NCBI GenBank assembly: GCA_000708835.1
Contig: DF237599.1
Location: 1 to 47,168 of the forward strand
Direction: 5' to 3'
DNA: 47,168 bases
From: Klebsormidium nitens
Taxonomy: Eukaryota > Plantae > Klebsormidiophyceae
How positions within the stretch are numbered: position 1 is the stretch's first letter; each line of letters begins with the position of its first letter. The notes under the pieces were generated by a model. That model saw only the letters and a list, made by a program, of their open reading frames with translations, did not search any database and had not been told where the DNA came from. Shown here one piece after another: positions 35,548 to 47,168 of this stretch. A program made the translations under genes and the position numbers.

Positions 35548-35815
35548 GGCGCCGAAGAGGTGCCGACATGGTTCAGCGGCGAGTCGGCGCCTCATCCGCG
35601 CTTGATTTCAGGCGCCCCGGAGGCGCCTCCAGGTCGGTGCGACACGTGGGCGCCTCGGGGGCGCCTCAAATGCGCAGCGCAGAAAAGGTGCCGACATGCT
35701 GCATGACGAATCGGCGCCGTTGTGGCGCCGAACCGTCACGCAATCTAAGGGCGCCGTTGTGACACTGTTGTGGCACCTGAAGGCCTCCAGCTTTTGGCAC
35801 CTTTTCGGCACCTGT
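35548..35815. repeat. Left subterminal GGYRCC motif array
   Basis: More than ten GGCGCC/GGTGCC/GGCACC hexamers in ~270 bp, several as GAARRGGYGCC- or GAATCGGCGCC-like units. Confidence 0.75.
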
Positions 35816-38800
35816 TCGCTTATCTTATATGCACAAGCACTGGCTTCCGCCAACTGCAGCAGGCCGAGCATAAACTCGTTGCAGCATACTGATCATCGAA
35901 GGACTGTGCGTGCCACAGAACAATGTCTCGAGCTTGACATCCGCTGAGATTGCGCATAAAACCAACCACTCCAAAAGAACTTGAACTTGGTCGAGAGATC
36001 TCGTCCTCAACATTTGGCATCAAGAGATGCCGTGGAGTGCTAGTCATTTGCCACGGATCTTGAATCGAAACATCATGATTCCGCAAACCTTACCGGTCCC
36101 AATGTGACGCTTTGCCGTTGAGTCCAGGCGGTTTCCATGAAACGAAATTTGTCAACTCCTAGTTTGACTAGTGCGTCTCACCTGGCGGTTCTCAAAGTCG
36201 ATGTCCTAGCTGTCCATTTCCCGCCCGCTCCCTTGTTGAAATTCTCCAGGATCCGTTCTTATCGGGTACCACAGTTTGGATAAAATGCGTTCTAAAAAGG
36301 TTTTTTGCGCCCACATATGATCCAAGCTGTACATTCAGATTGAGAGCTAAAAAGGAACGGACTTAAAAGATCAGATCTTCCACCGGAGTCTCCTTCGGGG
36401 ATTAATTCATGGCTAGCGTTACGTTATCAAACTGCACTCTCGTGAAGGAGGCTCCAATCAGCTCTTTTACAAGGAAGACTTGTTGTCCTCCGCTGAGCAC
36501 GGGTCGTCCTCAAAGTGAAAGGAACAATTTTCGAAATTAGAGACCCTGAAAAAAACGTCGTCCTTTCGATAATAAGGAGAGGACCGAAACCACCCATGTA
36601 CCTCTTTTAACCGCTTGACCAGTTGACGCTCCTCACAAGCTGAAAGCCAGATGTTTTCAGAGATTCAAAAAAGCTACCCCATGTCCCCTCACCATGTTCC
36701 TGTAGCTCTCCAGGATCGCACGCGTGCCCATCATGACCATGGCCTTCGCGCGCGTCAGCTGCACGTTGCTTCCCACCAGCCTCCCATACACGCCTGCCGG
36801 GTGCCATTTGCGTACTCGTCCTGGCTCGGAACACCGTGCATTCCTGCCGGGGATCTTTTCCTCTAGTGTGAACTTAACCAGCGTCACGCTCTTGAGCTTC
36901 TCGTAAGCGGCTGGGTTGAGGGACTTGTTGACGTTGGAAGTTGGCCCGAGGCCAAGAGAGGCTGGTGCCGAGGGAGTTTGCAGGGGCCCGGGGGCTTTTG
37001 GAAGGATCAATTCACGAGCTGGATTAAGTGCTCGACCTGCGGGGAGAGGGGTTGGAATAAGTTGATTGACTCCTTGAGCTCTGGATATCTTTGAATCAGT
37101 CCTTCTGTAAACATCTGGAGTTTCGATGAACAAAAGTCGATTTTCGGGTCTAGCTAATCAGGGTAGCGGTTTGCTGCTCAGAGTTGAAGGTTGAGGGCCT
37201 GAATCTTGACTGCTCCCTTTGTTTGGGCCCTGTGGACCGCTCTTCCTGATTCCAGCATGTTACAAGTCTGAAGTTGAAAGAGCAAAGGACTAGGTGGTTC
37301 GTTTCTGGTTAGGCGGTCAGCAGTACCGTCCCGTCACCTTTGCCCCGCTTTTTTCTGCTTCCCATCCTTATGTCTACTGTCGATCCTTGGAGACAAACGA
37401 ACAAACCTGCCCCTCAAAAGAGTCTCCAAAAATCCCCCCAATACAATGCCACTTTGAGGCGCCTATGTTTCAGCTACTGATAGCACTTGGCTGCTCACGA
37501 CTTCACTTTCAAGTTACGAGACCCCCCTGTCATCTTAGCCTTCCGGCACTTATCCTTGAGGCTAGCGCCCAGCATCGCTCCTCCAGTACCCAGATCAGCA
37601 GAATACAGAATAAACTCTGAGTTTCGAGAGTTACAAATAGAGTTTCTGGAAGTTGTAAGAGGCGCTGCAAAAGAGATACCATAAAGATTGCTATGAGAAC
37701 TATGGGTTTGAGTGATTGAATGCACCCTAGGTGGTTTGAAGGACATCGCACCTCGATGTTGGTGCTTTGAAGGCTCCCCATCTGCAGGCCTCCATGCGGT
37801 TGTCCTGAGCTGGTCAGATGAAACTTTGTTGGAGAGCAATCTGCACGTACAAGGGCAGCCGAAATGCCATCAGACGGGCCAACATGGACTTTGCTTTACT
37901 AAAAGATTTTGACACTGTTGAGCTTCACATTTACAAACAGACTACTGCAGGATGTAAGGCGTCAAAGCAATGTACATGGCTGCTGGTGAGCTACATGACA
38001 GCGATGACTTTGTGGAGGATCAATATTCTGTTCAATGCAAGCCCTGATTGGACCCTCAGAAGCCATAATAATGTTCGTCGGTGCCTTACAGGTTTAAGCA
38101 GATTCGAAGACAGCGTTTGCAGGACCCAGCTCAGTCGCGGATCAATGGCTTGCTCTCAGAGGAAGAATGTACGACGTGTGTACTACCAGCTTGGGCAATG
38201 GATCACAAAAGCAAAGCTGGTATCAACAAATAGAACGGGTGGTTTGGGAATCTACTCAGCTAATGCATCGCGATTTAAATCAAGATTTCTTGACTGAGCA
38301 CATTCTGACCCCATTCTGACTTTACTCAGAGCGTGGCAATGTTATGCATACAACACATCAGCAAAGCACTCTGCGCGGACTGAAAGTGATCATATTCCTC
38401 ACCTGCTGAATGTTGGCGGCTGCAGAAACTCCACCTGATTCCACCAGGCGCCGGCACACTCTAACTTTTCTTAGCGAGCACCTCAGGCTTGCTCGCGCAA
38501 TGCAATTTCTGATTGCAGATATCAGCTAGTTGGGGGCATTTACTTGATGAGACGCAGCGGCTCTTGCTCAGTTGCTGTAGGTATTAAAACTGCACGAGTC
38601 CCAATGGCAACAGGCTCACCTGTCACATATCGTCGAGCAAGCTGCTGAGGAAATTTGCAGAGCGGAAGCTGAGCACGACCGATTTCCACTTGCTGCTATC
38701 AACTTATGCAAATTGGACATTCACAGACGTTGCAACTATTGCGTTACGATCTGCAGAGACGCGTTCGTTGGCGCATCGCTACCCAATGTTTCCTATTTAG

Positions 38801-41509
38801 GTGTGTAACGCACTGAAGTTAGTGTTTGTACAAGAGTCTCTAATGTTAGGTTCAGGATTTCAGCTCCTTCTCGAGTCCTTGCACCGACTCTCAGCAAGTT
38901 GCAGCTAATTAGTTACATGTGGATTAGGGTTGAACTTTTGTGCAGAAGCTTTGCCATCCGCATTGGCGGACAAGCCGGCCAGAGAGTGATTTTTATTCAG
39001 GTGCTCAGCTCCTAGCAGTATGGTGGCAGCCGTTCACTTGCACAATGAGAGTGAAGAGAGGCAGTAGATCAGCTGGCAGAGATCCACTGCGTTGACAGGA
39101 GCTCGGAGAGTTGCGCAGATCTTGCTGATATGCGAAAAAGGTAGCCAGGAATGCTGGATTACTGTACCAACATGGCTTCTTGAGGTCCCAGAAGAAGAGG
39201 ATGCAGCAGAGTGTACTTCACAATTCGTTGTTTGCCCCTACAATCCTACTTGTGAGAACAACCAAGGCCCACTCATTCTTGCATGGTTTTAGCATCTGCA
39301 ACAGCTGACCATGGGATGCAGGTGAGCCTCAGGGTTTGGATGAGAATTTCATCAGTAAAAGGTGGCTCAGGTAGAGTGCAACAATCTCCAATTGTGTTTT
39401 CCGCGGCTGCCAGTCTGAAGGCCTTGAAGTTCAAGTCAGATTATTCCGATTAACGGAGGTGCATGTTGTCTGCAAGAATCACTTCTTTTACGTCTCTGCA
39501 AAGGTTGCTTATGCAGAATTTTCGAAATGGAATCAGCTTCAAAGGTTGGAGCAGCTAGAATGAAGCATAACTCGGAGCTTGTTGAGTGACTTGGAAAAGG
39601 AGGACTCAATCAGCCATCTGCATCAGCTTGCCAATGTTCACAACAGTGTTCTGCGAGAGTCAAAGCTCAAGCACCACTGCCTCTCATAAAAGTTGTTGAC
39701 GGTGTTAGAATATGGATCTTCAGGCAGCTACTTGTTCACCTTCTTGCATTACCTCAAAGGTCGATCCTCAGGACTACATAAGTGCGCGCTCTCCAGTCTC
39801 TGACGTAATAATCGCCATGGAAGTGTTGCAAAGGATCCTATCAGTAACATGATACCTGTAACAAAATACCGACTCAGACTGCCACACCCAAAGATTCCAG
39901 CAGATCAACAGCGGCCAAGGACGATTGCGCAAGCCAGGCATCATACAACAAATGAGAAGGCAGTGAGCTATATCAAGAAGGCCACAGCTCAGGGGTCTGG
40001 TCCGTGAAGTCACTCAGGGTTAGTTTGTAAGGTAAGCATATCTGGTTGGAGTTTTGTGATAGCTTTTCGTGAATGAGTCCTCACCCCCTAAATGTAACCT
40101 AGACAACAGGTCGGCCATGAGAACAACTTCTCAGCTTCTAAACTGATCGTGGTATCATCACAATGTTTGCTACGTTTTCTGAACTTCATTGCTTTCCAAT
40201 GAAACCCATTGAAGTTCGTCAAGATCGTCAAGCTTGGGCATTAACCAGCCTGAGGGTATGTCCGGTGAGCAACTCGACGGTTCCCATTTCGTACGTTCTG
40301 CTGGCTCCGTTTTTTAGCCTCTAGTGTAGTTCAGAAGCGTAGAAGTTCGCCCGTGTCACCAATTCAGACAGAAGACTCACCGAAATATGGTACCTCTGGG
40401 AATCTACATGACATTAAAGTAGGTTATGCATCGATTTTGCATCCAAAAGGAAGCGGACAAGCAGTTCTTGCATCCAACTTGGGCCGTTGGAAGGACGTTG
40501 GAAGGCTTCCTGGATGCTTTGTACCGTTTCTTGAGGTCAATCAAATCAAGCGGGTTCAACAGACTAATGTCTGATGCTGCAGGCAAGATATTGAAGGAAA
40601 AGCTTGTCGAAGACGCACGATTATATGCTCCCGCAGAATCCGGCCACTGGCACTATACGATGTCACAAAAGGTGAGATGCAGTAACTCTTCTTTCTTCCT
40701 TCGGATTCGAGCTTTGTTGTGAAGAGCATGTCAAGCCGTGTTAGTAGCCTAAACTGAGTCTCTGAGACCTGAGAATCAGCGTTCTCAATGGCCGGCATAT
40801 GTCCATGCCTCCGGTTTTGAAGGGGTTTGCCACAAAGTGGGGTTTCGTGCACAATCTGTTGGGTCTTCTGAGCTTCTTCGCTGGTATGGAAAAACTTCCG
40901 GGAATAATGTTGGCTGCATCGACAAGGAAGGTTTGTGTTCTGATCATTGAAGTGAACGCGAATTGAAGCCTCGAAGACCGGGTTCATTCTTTCACTAAGA
41001 CCTCACATCAGAGTTCCGGAGTGCTGGTCTGCCGTGCTTCAAAACAATCCTGAGCCCATCCTGAGCGAGTCCTTTACTCTCTTCAACAGGTTTTCGAAAC
41101 GCACTTGCCTAGCTAGCTACCGACCGCCGCCTGGTCACAGCGAGCGTCAATCGAATTGAGCTCTTGATTGCAACGTGTTGAGATGTGTGCAGTAAGTTAC
41201 CTCACAGCCTGTGTCATTTGGTGCAAGAATATCTTCAGGCTTGCCAACACGTCTCTCAGATCAGCACTTAGACTTGATCGTGAACAGACTTTTGGTCAGT
41301 ATACAGCTACGAAAGGTCTTCTAGCCTTCTGGAGTGACTGTCTATATGGACAACGCAGCAAAACGGAGACGCTTTCCCACTTAACCAGTTGGCTGACAAA
41401 GAATAAGACACGAACGAGTCGCTTCGACGTTGGATCGTGATTGAATGCTTCGTCCTCAGAGCAACACGTGGCATAACCAATGGGAGCCCATTGTGATTTA
41501 CACGCAACG

Positions 41510-41760
41510 AAATGGCGCTCCTCCGACACCATTTCGGCACCGTTGTGGCGTCTAGTTATCGCGCACTGTCTCGGCGCCAGTCTGGTGCCATCTCGTCATA
41601 TGCCCGAGGGGCGCCGACCTGGTGCCGAAAGGGCGCGCCGCCGGGGCGCCGTTTCGTCGCCGCACAGGCGCGCGGCGCGGTGGCGCCTGGACGGTAACGA
41701 ACCCTTGAACCCTTCGGCGCCGTTTCGTCGGGCACCGAAGCGGCGCCTGTGGGGCGCCGT
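41510..41760. repeat. Right subterminal GGYRCC motif array
   Basis: About ten GGYRCC hexamers, including GGCGCCGTTTCGTCG twice and GGCGCCGTTTCTTCG once. Confidence 0.75.
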
Positions 41761-42194
41761 TTCTTCGGGACCCCAAGTTCCTGATGCCTTAACTGGATTT
41801 CGAGAGGCTCCCGGCTCCGAGTTCCGACGCACGTCCGACCGTAATTTCAGGATGTCGCGCACATCGGGTCCACCCGGTCGAGATGCCCGGTTGATGACGC
41901 CCGATCTCAAGAGTGCGAAACTGCAAGCCGTGTCTGGATGACGTCAACTTGATGGCTCTGGACAAAGCCACTTTGCGCATTGCAGTTCTCTAGCCTCTAG
42001 GATAGCTGGCGCCTAGTAATGGAAGCTCTGTGCGAATGGTGGTAGTAACTTCGCCGCAGTGCGAGCTATGGCTCTTCATCTGGTCTTACCAGCACTATGG
42101 CAATCTGATTCCAGCTATTTCATAATCTTCGCGCAACGAACACCCTTCTATCTAGAGCAGGTGCATCCTGCTTGTGCCGCCCAGTGGGGGCAGC

Positions 42195-44820
42195 ATGAAG
42201 GTCTTCATCACTGGAGCGTCTGGTTTTGTTGGCACGCAGCTGATCGCCTATCTCAGCAAGTGTCACGGCGACTCTGTGGTTGCTCTGTCTCGGAGCGCCG
42301 TGGCCGATGAGAAGATCAAGCGGGCGTCTCAGCTGGTGCCCACCAAGGGCTGGCGGGAAGATGGTTCCCGCCCGGAGCCCGGCAAGGTGGAGATTGTGCG
42401 GGGCGATCTCAGCACAAAAGAAGCTCTAATGAAAGGTAAGTGGGGCCCCTGCGTTTCATGCAGCAGCTAGTCAGACAGCAGCAATTCGAAAGTTACTTTT
42501 GAACTGCTTTCGGACGGCAAGCCGCTGATGCTTACTTGTTCAAGCCTGCGGCACGCAAGAGCTCGCAGCTGGTGATGAATTCAAAGCTGTTGTAGGATCC
42601 CATTCAAGAGCGCAGTCCCCCAGCTGAGGTGAAACATGGGAAGCTTAGCGAAGTATCTGGAGCTGGGCAAGGCAACAACCAGCTGTGACTTACCTCTTCC
42701 ACATCTGGATTTTAGCTACCCCCTACCCGCAAGGCCAAGGCCTTCAACACAATGTGTGCCCGCATCTTCAGTACCCCACCCAGCAACCTAGTATATTCCA
42801 GATACAACTCACGTGCACATTGTATGTGCAGGCATGAAGGGGTGCGACGCTGTGATCCATGCTGCAGCTAAGGTTGAAATGTGGGGGGACTATGCCTCCT
42901 TCCGTGAGACAGCCGATGCCACACGCACTGTTGTGGAAGCAGCCAAGGCGGCAGGAGTCCCCAAGTTTGTGCACGTGGGCACCGAGGCTGTGCTCGTCAA
43001 AGTGAGCCGCTTTCCACACGGCTCTATTGTCCTTGGAGATCTCTTCCACTCAAACTCCAGCAGAATCGGTACCTGCCCCGAGTTCTCAGTTGGTTTGCTG
43101 GGCAATAGCATCCTCTTTACAATGCTTTTGTTGGTCAGTTTCTTGTTTAGATCACACCTAATCGCCGATGTGGCACTTTATTCTCACTAGACTGGTCAGT
43201 GTACTACCCGCTTGCCATAACAAAAGCCTCAGACTCTTTCACTGTCCATTAAAATGGCTCTCTCTTGACCTAATTGCACAGGAGGAGCATACGGCCAGGT
43301 TGAACAATTTCCTCCTGACGCCACTTCTCGCTGGAAGCTCGAATTGTGCCAGTTCTTAGACTCAATCACGGGATTCTGGGGGTCTAGACCAAGTACCCAT
43401 GGAGTCCAGACCCCATGGTCCTTAGATTCAATCATGAGAATTCCAGGATTATGGGGTCTGGGCTCTGGGGTTTCAGACTGTCAAGTTGTTAAATCGTCAG
43501 AATCAGTCCAGCTTTACCAATACTTCTATGCAGGCAAAGGGTCCGATTGGGCAAGTCGACGAGACTGCCTCAATCGACCCTCCACTGTGGGCCCCATACA
43601 CTCGAAGCAAGGCCGCCGCAGAGAAGATTGTGCTCGAGGCCAACGATCCGCCCAAGTTTGAGTGTGAGCAATATGTTTTTTGGTTACGTTGGAAAATTTT
43701 GGGGCTGCCTACTGACCTGGATTAAAAATGATGATGACTTGCTGCATGTGAACCCCTTGTAATAGTCCTTGTCGTCAAACACGTTGCAGAGGGGAGTCTT
43801 TCTTGCTTGCACTGATTGTACTCCCTGCGAACCGAAGTTAAGCGGTTTGAATCTGATCGTTCTGCTGCCAGAATCAAGGTCCTGTTGTGACGACTCCGAA
43901 AGCAGTGTTTCGGAGCGTTTGCATTTTCAAATGATGATACCGTGTCATCTTTTGACACGATGCCTTAACGGTTGTAACTCTGCCAGGCGCTTCAAAAGTC
44001 CAAAGGACCGCCGCTTCGAGTCTTTGCTGTGACGCCCTTGCACTTCTTGGCCTCATAGTGGACCACTTGTTTTGGCTCTTAGCCTTGACACTGCTTCAAT
44101 GCCGTGTGCTGTCCAGGCATCAGCGTGCGTCCGCGGTTCATCTGGGGTCGAGGCGACACGGCCCTCAAGCCGATGCTGGCCGCGGCCATGAACGACGGCT
44201 CCTACAAGTGGATCACGCCCTCCAGCCGCTCCTCCACGTGCCACGTCATCAACGTCTGCCACGCGCTGCGGCTAGCCGCAGAGGCCAAGGGCAAAGGTAT
44301 GTCAGCCAGGTACGGCATTGCGAGTTGGGAGTCAGTCCAAGCTGCCGGGTAGCCTGGGGTAGAAACAACGGGCGCATCAGGCAGTCAGCTTTGCGGTGGA
44401 GCAAGAAAATCGTCAAGTCGCACAGGTGCTTCGTGTTTCAGCCTGTACTTCGTCTCTTAGAACAGATGGTTTTATTTGCCAGGGGCTTACGCTTCCCCTT
44501 GCGGCGCAGGCGGTCAGATCTACTTCGTGACGGACGGCCCCCCGTTGTTGCTCAACGACTTCCTGGCGGAGTACATCTGCTCCGACCCCGCTGTCAAGAA
44601 GCCGAGCGGCAGCGTGCCCTTCTGGTTCCTGTGGCGCCTCGAGTCATTCCTAGAGAGCCTGCCGTTTCTAGGGTACGGCGTCAAGCGGAAGCCGCTCGCT
44701 GGCCGGCAGGCGCTCGCGCTCATCGGCCAGGACGTCATTGTGGACGACTCCAAGATCCGGCGGGAAATGGGGTACCGACCGCTGGTGACGGTCGAAGAGG
44801 GGCTCCGAGATGCCAAGTGA
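42195..44820 (+). CDS. NAD(P)-dependent epimerase/dehydratase, 3-beta-hydroxysteroid dehydrogenase-like extended SDR (~343 aa)
   Basis: Exons 42195-42435, 42832-43001, 43534-43663, 44117-44296, 44510-44820 join in frame (1032 nt). TGASGFVG Rossmann motif, DAVIHAAA, catalytic YTRSK (YxxxK), SVRPRFIWG, YFVTDG, DDSKIRREMGY. Confidence 0.92.
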
Positions 44821-46040
44821 CGGCACCAGCTTGTGAAGCATACAGCATGATGCCCCGCCTTGTGAGTTGCGTATATACTAGGCGTCCACATATTCTTTGC
44901 AAGGCATCGACGCCGAAGTCAGCGTTGCATGATCGTGGATGCGCCGCGAGTTGCAGGTACCCGTTGCTAAGTTTCCGTTGATAATCAAATATATGATCGA
45001 ACACTCTCTTATGGAGCGCATTACACCTAGGAACTTCAGCGGTTACAAGTCAAAGAATTTAGGGCACAACAACAATTGGTCAAATATGAAAAGATGAAGA
45101 ATCACCACTTTCATTGTTTGGGCCCCAGATATGTGTCGTTTTGTCCTGCGCATGCTGAATTGTGGAAACCTTCAACAAAGCTCACGTGCGAGTTCTCTAT
45201 CCATGAACCCTCTAGAAGTTTTTGCGTCAAACTTATGAGTGCGACTGAGTACATGTATCCATGCAATTGCAGAGGGGTGTACGTTCCATACATGGCCACA
45301 CTGGGCATTATATATAAGCACGTACGTAGCGCGTAGCTGAACCTCATCCGTTTTGCCCTTAGGTCGATGAGTCCCGATTCGTGGCCCCTGACCGTTTCAG
45401 GTATTAGAAATCTGCCTAGCATCCAACCACTTCAATGTGACATATACGACGCGCACACATGTGCCGGCTGAGCACAAAAATGGAAGCTGTAGGTCGTGTT
45501 GAAGACTCTTAGATTGAGGACCAACTGGATATGAGTGTGTACCTCCGAAGTGTGGCGATGCAGCATGAAGTGTTGGACCAAGGTCGCGGAGCTTCAGCCG
45601 GTCAAGTATGTGCTTACTTACTCTGGTTGCCGGGGTCTTCTCACATGCGTGGGGGCAGGCAAGTGCGGAACATGGATTGAACAGCCTTGCAGATATGCTT
45701 GCAAATAAGTAATCTGAGCACGTTTCTGATTTATTGCCGGAACTTGTGAGGACTGACCTTAGCGTCCTACAAAAGCAACCACCTGACAACCTACATGGCC
45801 GCTCTGCTGCATTGAAGTTATCTTCCTTTGCTAGCATAAGGTTCTATGCACTTTCTATCCGGCCTGAATCTGTACATGCCAGTGGGATAAGTGCCAACTT
45901 GACAACTAGATCCTCTGATTGCAAGAGGTGGATTTCTGGCGCGTGGCCAAAGAGACCGTATCAGCCACTCATCAAGCCTCCTAAGAGCTGGTTACTGGCC
46001 CTTTAATGGCTCAATTGTTATGTAACCGATACAGTCTCAC

Positions 46041-46750
46041 CTTTGCATCTCAACTTTGCATTTCTCCTTCTCTTTCGTATCAACACGTGCAGTGCCTCCC
46101 CCTTCTAGAGAAGGGATGGACGCGGCGAGCCTGTTGGTCGTCACCTCGAGCTGCTCTGCCAGGATCGATGTCTCCTCCTTGATGGCCAGCAGCTGCTGCA
46201 CCTGCCAGTGTGAGAGGGCGCACCCCTCCCGCAGAAAGCCGTGGGCCAACCATATCTGGTCGTGCAGCACGCGCCACTCGCGCTGCAGCTGCAGCGCCTC
46301 ATCCGCCCACTGCCTGCCAGCGCATTAACAACGGCGTTGTAGAATTGCCAAGATATCATGACGTGCAGCTTTCTGGGCAGAGGCTGGCAGGGCACAAAGC
46401 ACGAAGTGACTGCAGGAATAATCGTCTCAGGGTGTAGAAATGTAAATGATGTAGTCAGTATAAATGGATTCAAAAGCAAAAGCTCGGAAGTTTTGATCTG
46501 CCTTCTAGCAGCAATCTAAACCACCGCTGCTAGATCAAGTATATCCAACTAAGGTCGAGCTCTTTTGCAACATGCTGCGCTTAACCATGATGAAGCAAGG
46601 ACTCTTTGACAATGCAGGAAAGGCTGGGGACTTCTTGTTCGCCCACCTGTGAGGGCCGGTCAGCTTGTTCACATTGGCTGCCAGGAGCTCCACCTCGCGC
46701 GCGTTCGCTGCCTGGCGCTTCCGAGAGGCCTCTTCGTCAAGACGGGACAT
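46041..46750 (-). CDS. Hypothetical helical/coiled-coil protein, partial model
   Basis: Exons 46750-46647 and 46313-46041 join in phase 2 (..LTGPHR/QWADEALQLQREWRVLHDQIWLAHGFLREG..) with good GT/AG sites. A GTGAGA donor at 46040 implies further unresolved exons, and the start is uncertain. Confidence 0.5.
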
Positions 46751-47168
46751 GCCGTTCCTTCAACATTACTGCTCAGGACTGCTCAGCAAGAGTGTAGATA
46801 AGAGCAAGGCTACACAGCCTCACAGCCCAGTTGCTACCAGCAGATTGGAAGTGGTGGCACTTGAAAGCAAGCTAGCGGTGCAAGCATAGCCTTGTCAACT
46901 TTATCCCTGCACCGTAGTCAAATATAGCTCCTCTTGGTCATCAACACCTACCGCAACCGGATGCCCCCCGCTTCACTGTGCAACGAGCCCGCAACGAGGG
47001 CGCTGCCCCCTTTTGTTGAATTGAAACGTGAAGTGTTTTGTGGCTGGCTTGCAGGAGGTTGTTGAAGTTTTAATTACCGATCACTGTCACTGTCAGTGCC
47101 TGAGCCTGAGGGCCGAGGCTACAGCAGCACCTGAACAACTGTACACGTTGCAGCGGTGTCAAGAAAGT

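Larger units (their letters stand above)
35520..41786. mobile_element. Putative TIR DNA transposon (~6.27 kb), probably non-autonomous or decayed
   Basis: 35520-35553 and the reverse complement of 41753-41786 match at 27/34 ungapped positions (CATCAG..GAAGAAA.GGCGCC). CCT flanks both ends (35517-35519, 41787-41789). Both ends carry dense GGYRCC arrays. No intact transposase was recognised. Confidence 0.55.

Noticed and set aside
35520-41786. LTR retrotransposon, endogenous virus or CRISPR-like interpretation of the repeat-flanked block
   Set aside because: The ends are inverted rather than direct; no RT, integrase or capsid motifs; no regular repeat-spacer periodicity.
43350-43470. GGGGTCT(A/G)G / CCAGACCCC motifs in an SDR intron suggesting a MITE
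   Set aside because: The inverted match is only ~10 bp and no clear termini or TSD were found.
46100-46310. Weak resemblance of ALSHWQVQQLL to DOG1/TGA-like LTPxQ helices
   Set aside because: Too short and degenerate to support a family call without a profile search.

Overview
Intron-rich eukaryotic DNA with GC-rich exons, GT(G/A)AG-type donors and (T/C)GCAG acceptors. The splice style, ULTRAPETALA-like genes and a ciliary TMEM138 gene point to a flagellate green (probably streptophyte, Klebsormidium-like) alga; this is inference. Gene models were built by hand by checking GT/AG sites and reading-frame phase. In order: (1) three tandem paralogous SAND-domain genes (579-16752, +) that share a novel N-terminal module and intron phases; only the first keeps a ULT1-like C-terminal Cys-rich domain, which also looks like a CW zinc finger; (2) TMEM138 (-); (3) a class 3 lipase with a probable plastid transit peptide (+); (4) a head-to-head pair of paralogous secreted, beta-rich, N-glycosylated proteins of unrecognised family with identical intron phases; (5) an F-box-like/LRR gene (-); (6) a ~6.3 kb putative TIR transposon with CATCAG ends, a CCT target-site duplication and GGYRCC subterminal arrays; (7) an extended SDR / 3-beta-HSD-like gene (+); (8) a partial hypothetical helical-protein gene (-). 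No rRNA, tRNA or CRISPR array was recognised. All similarity calls are from memory of the families, not database searches.
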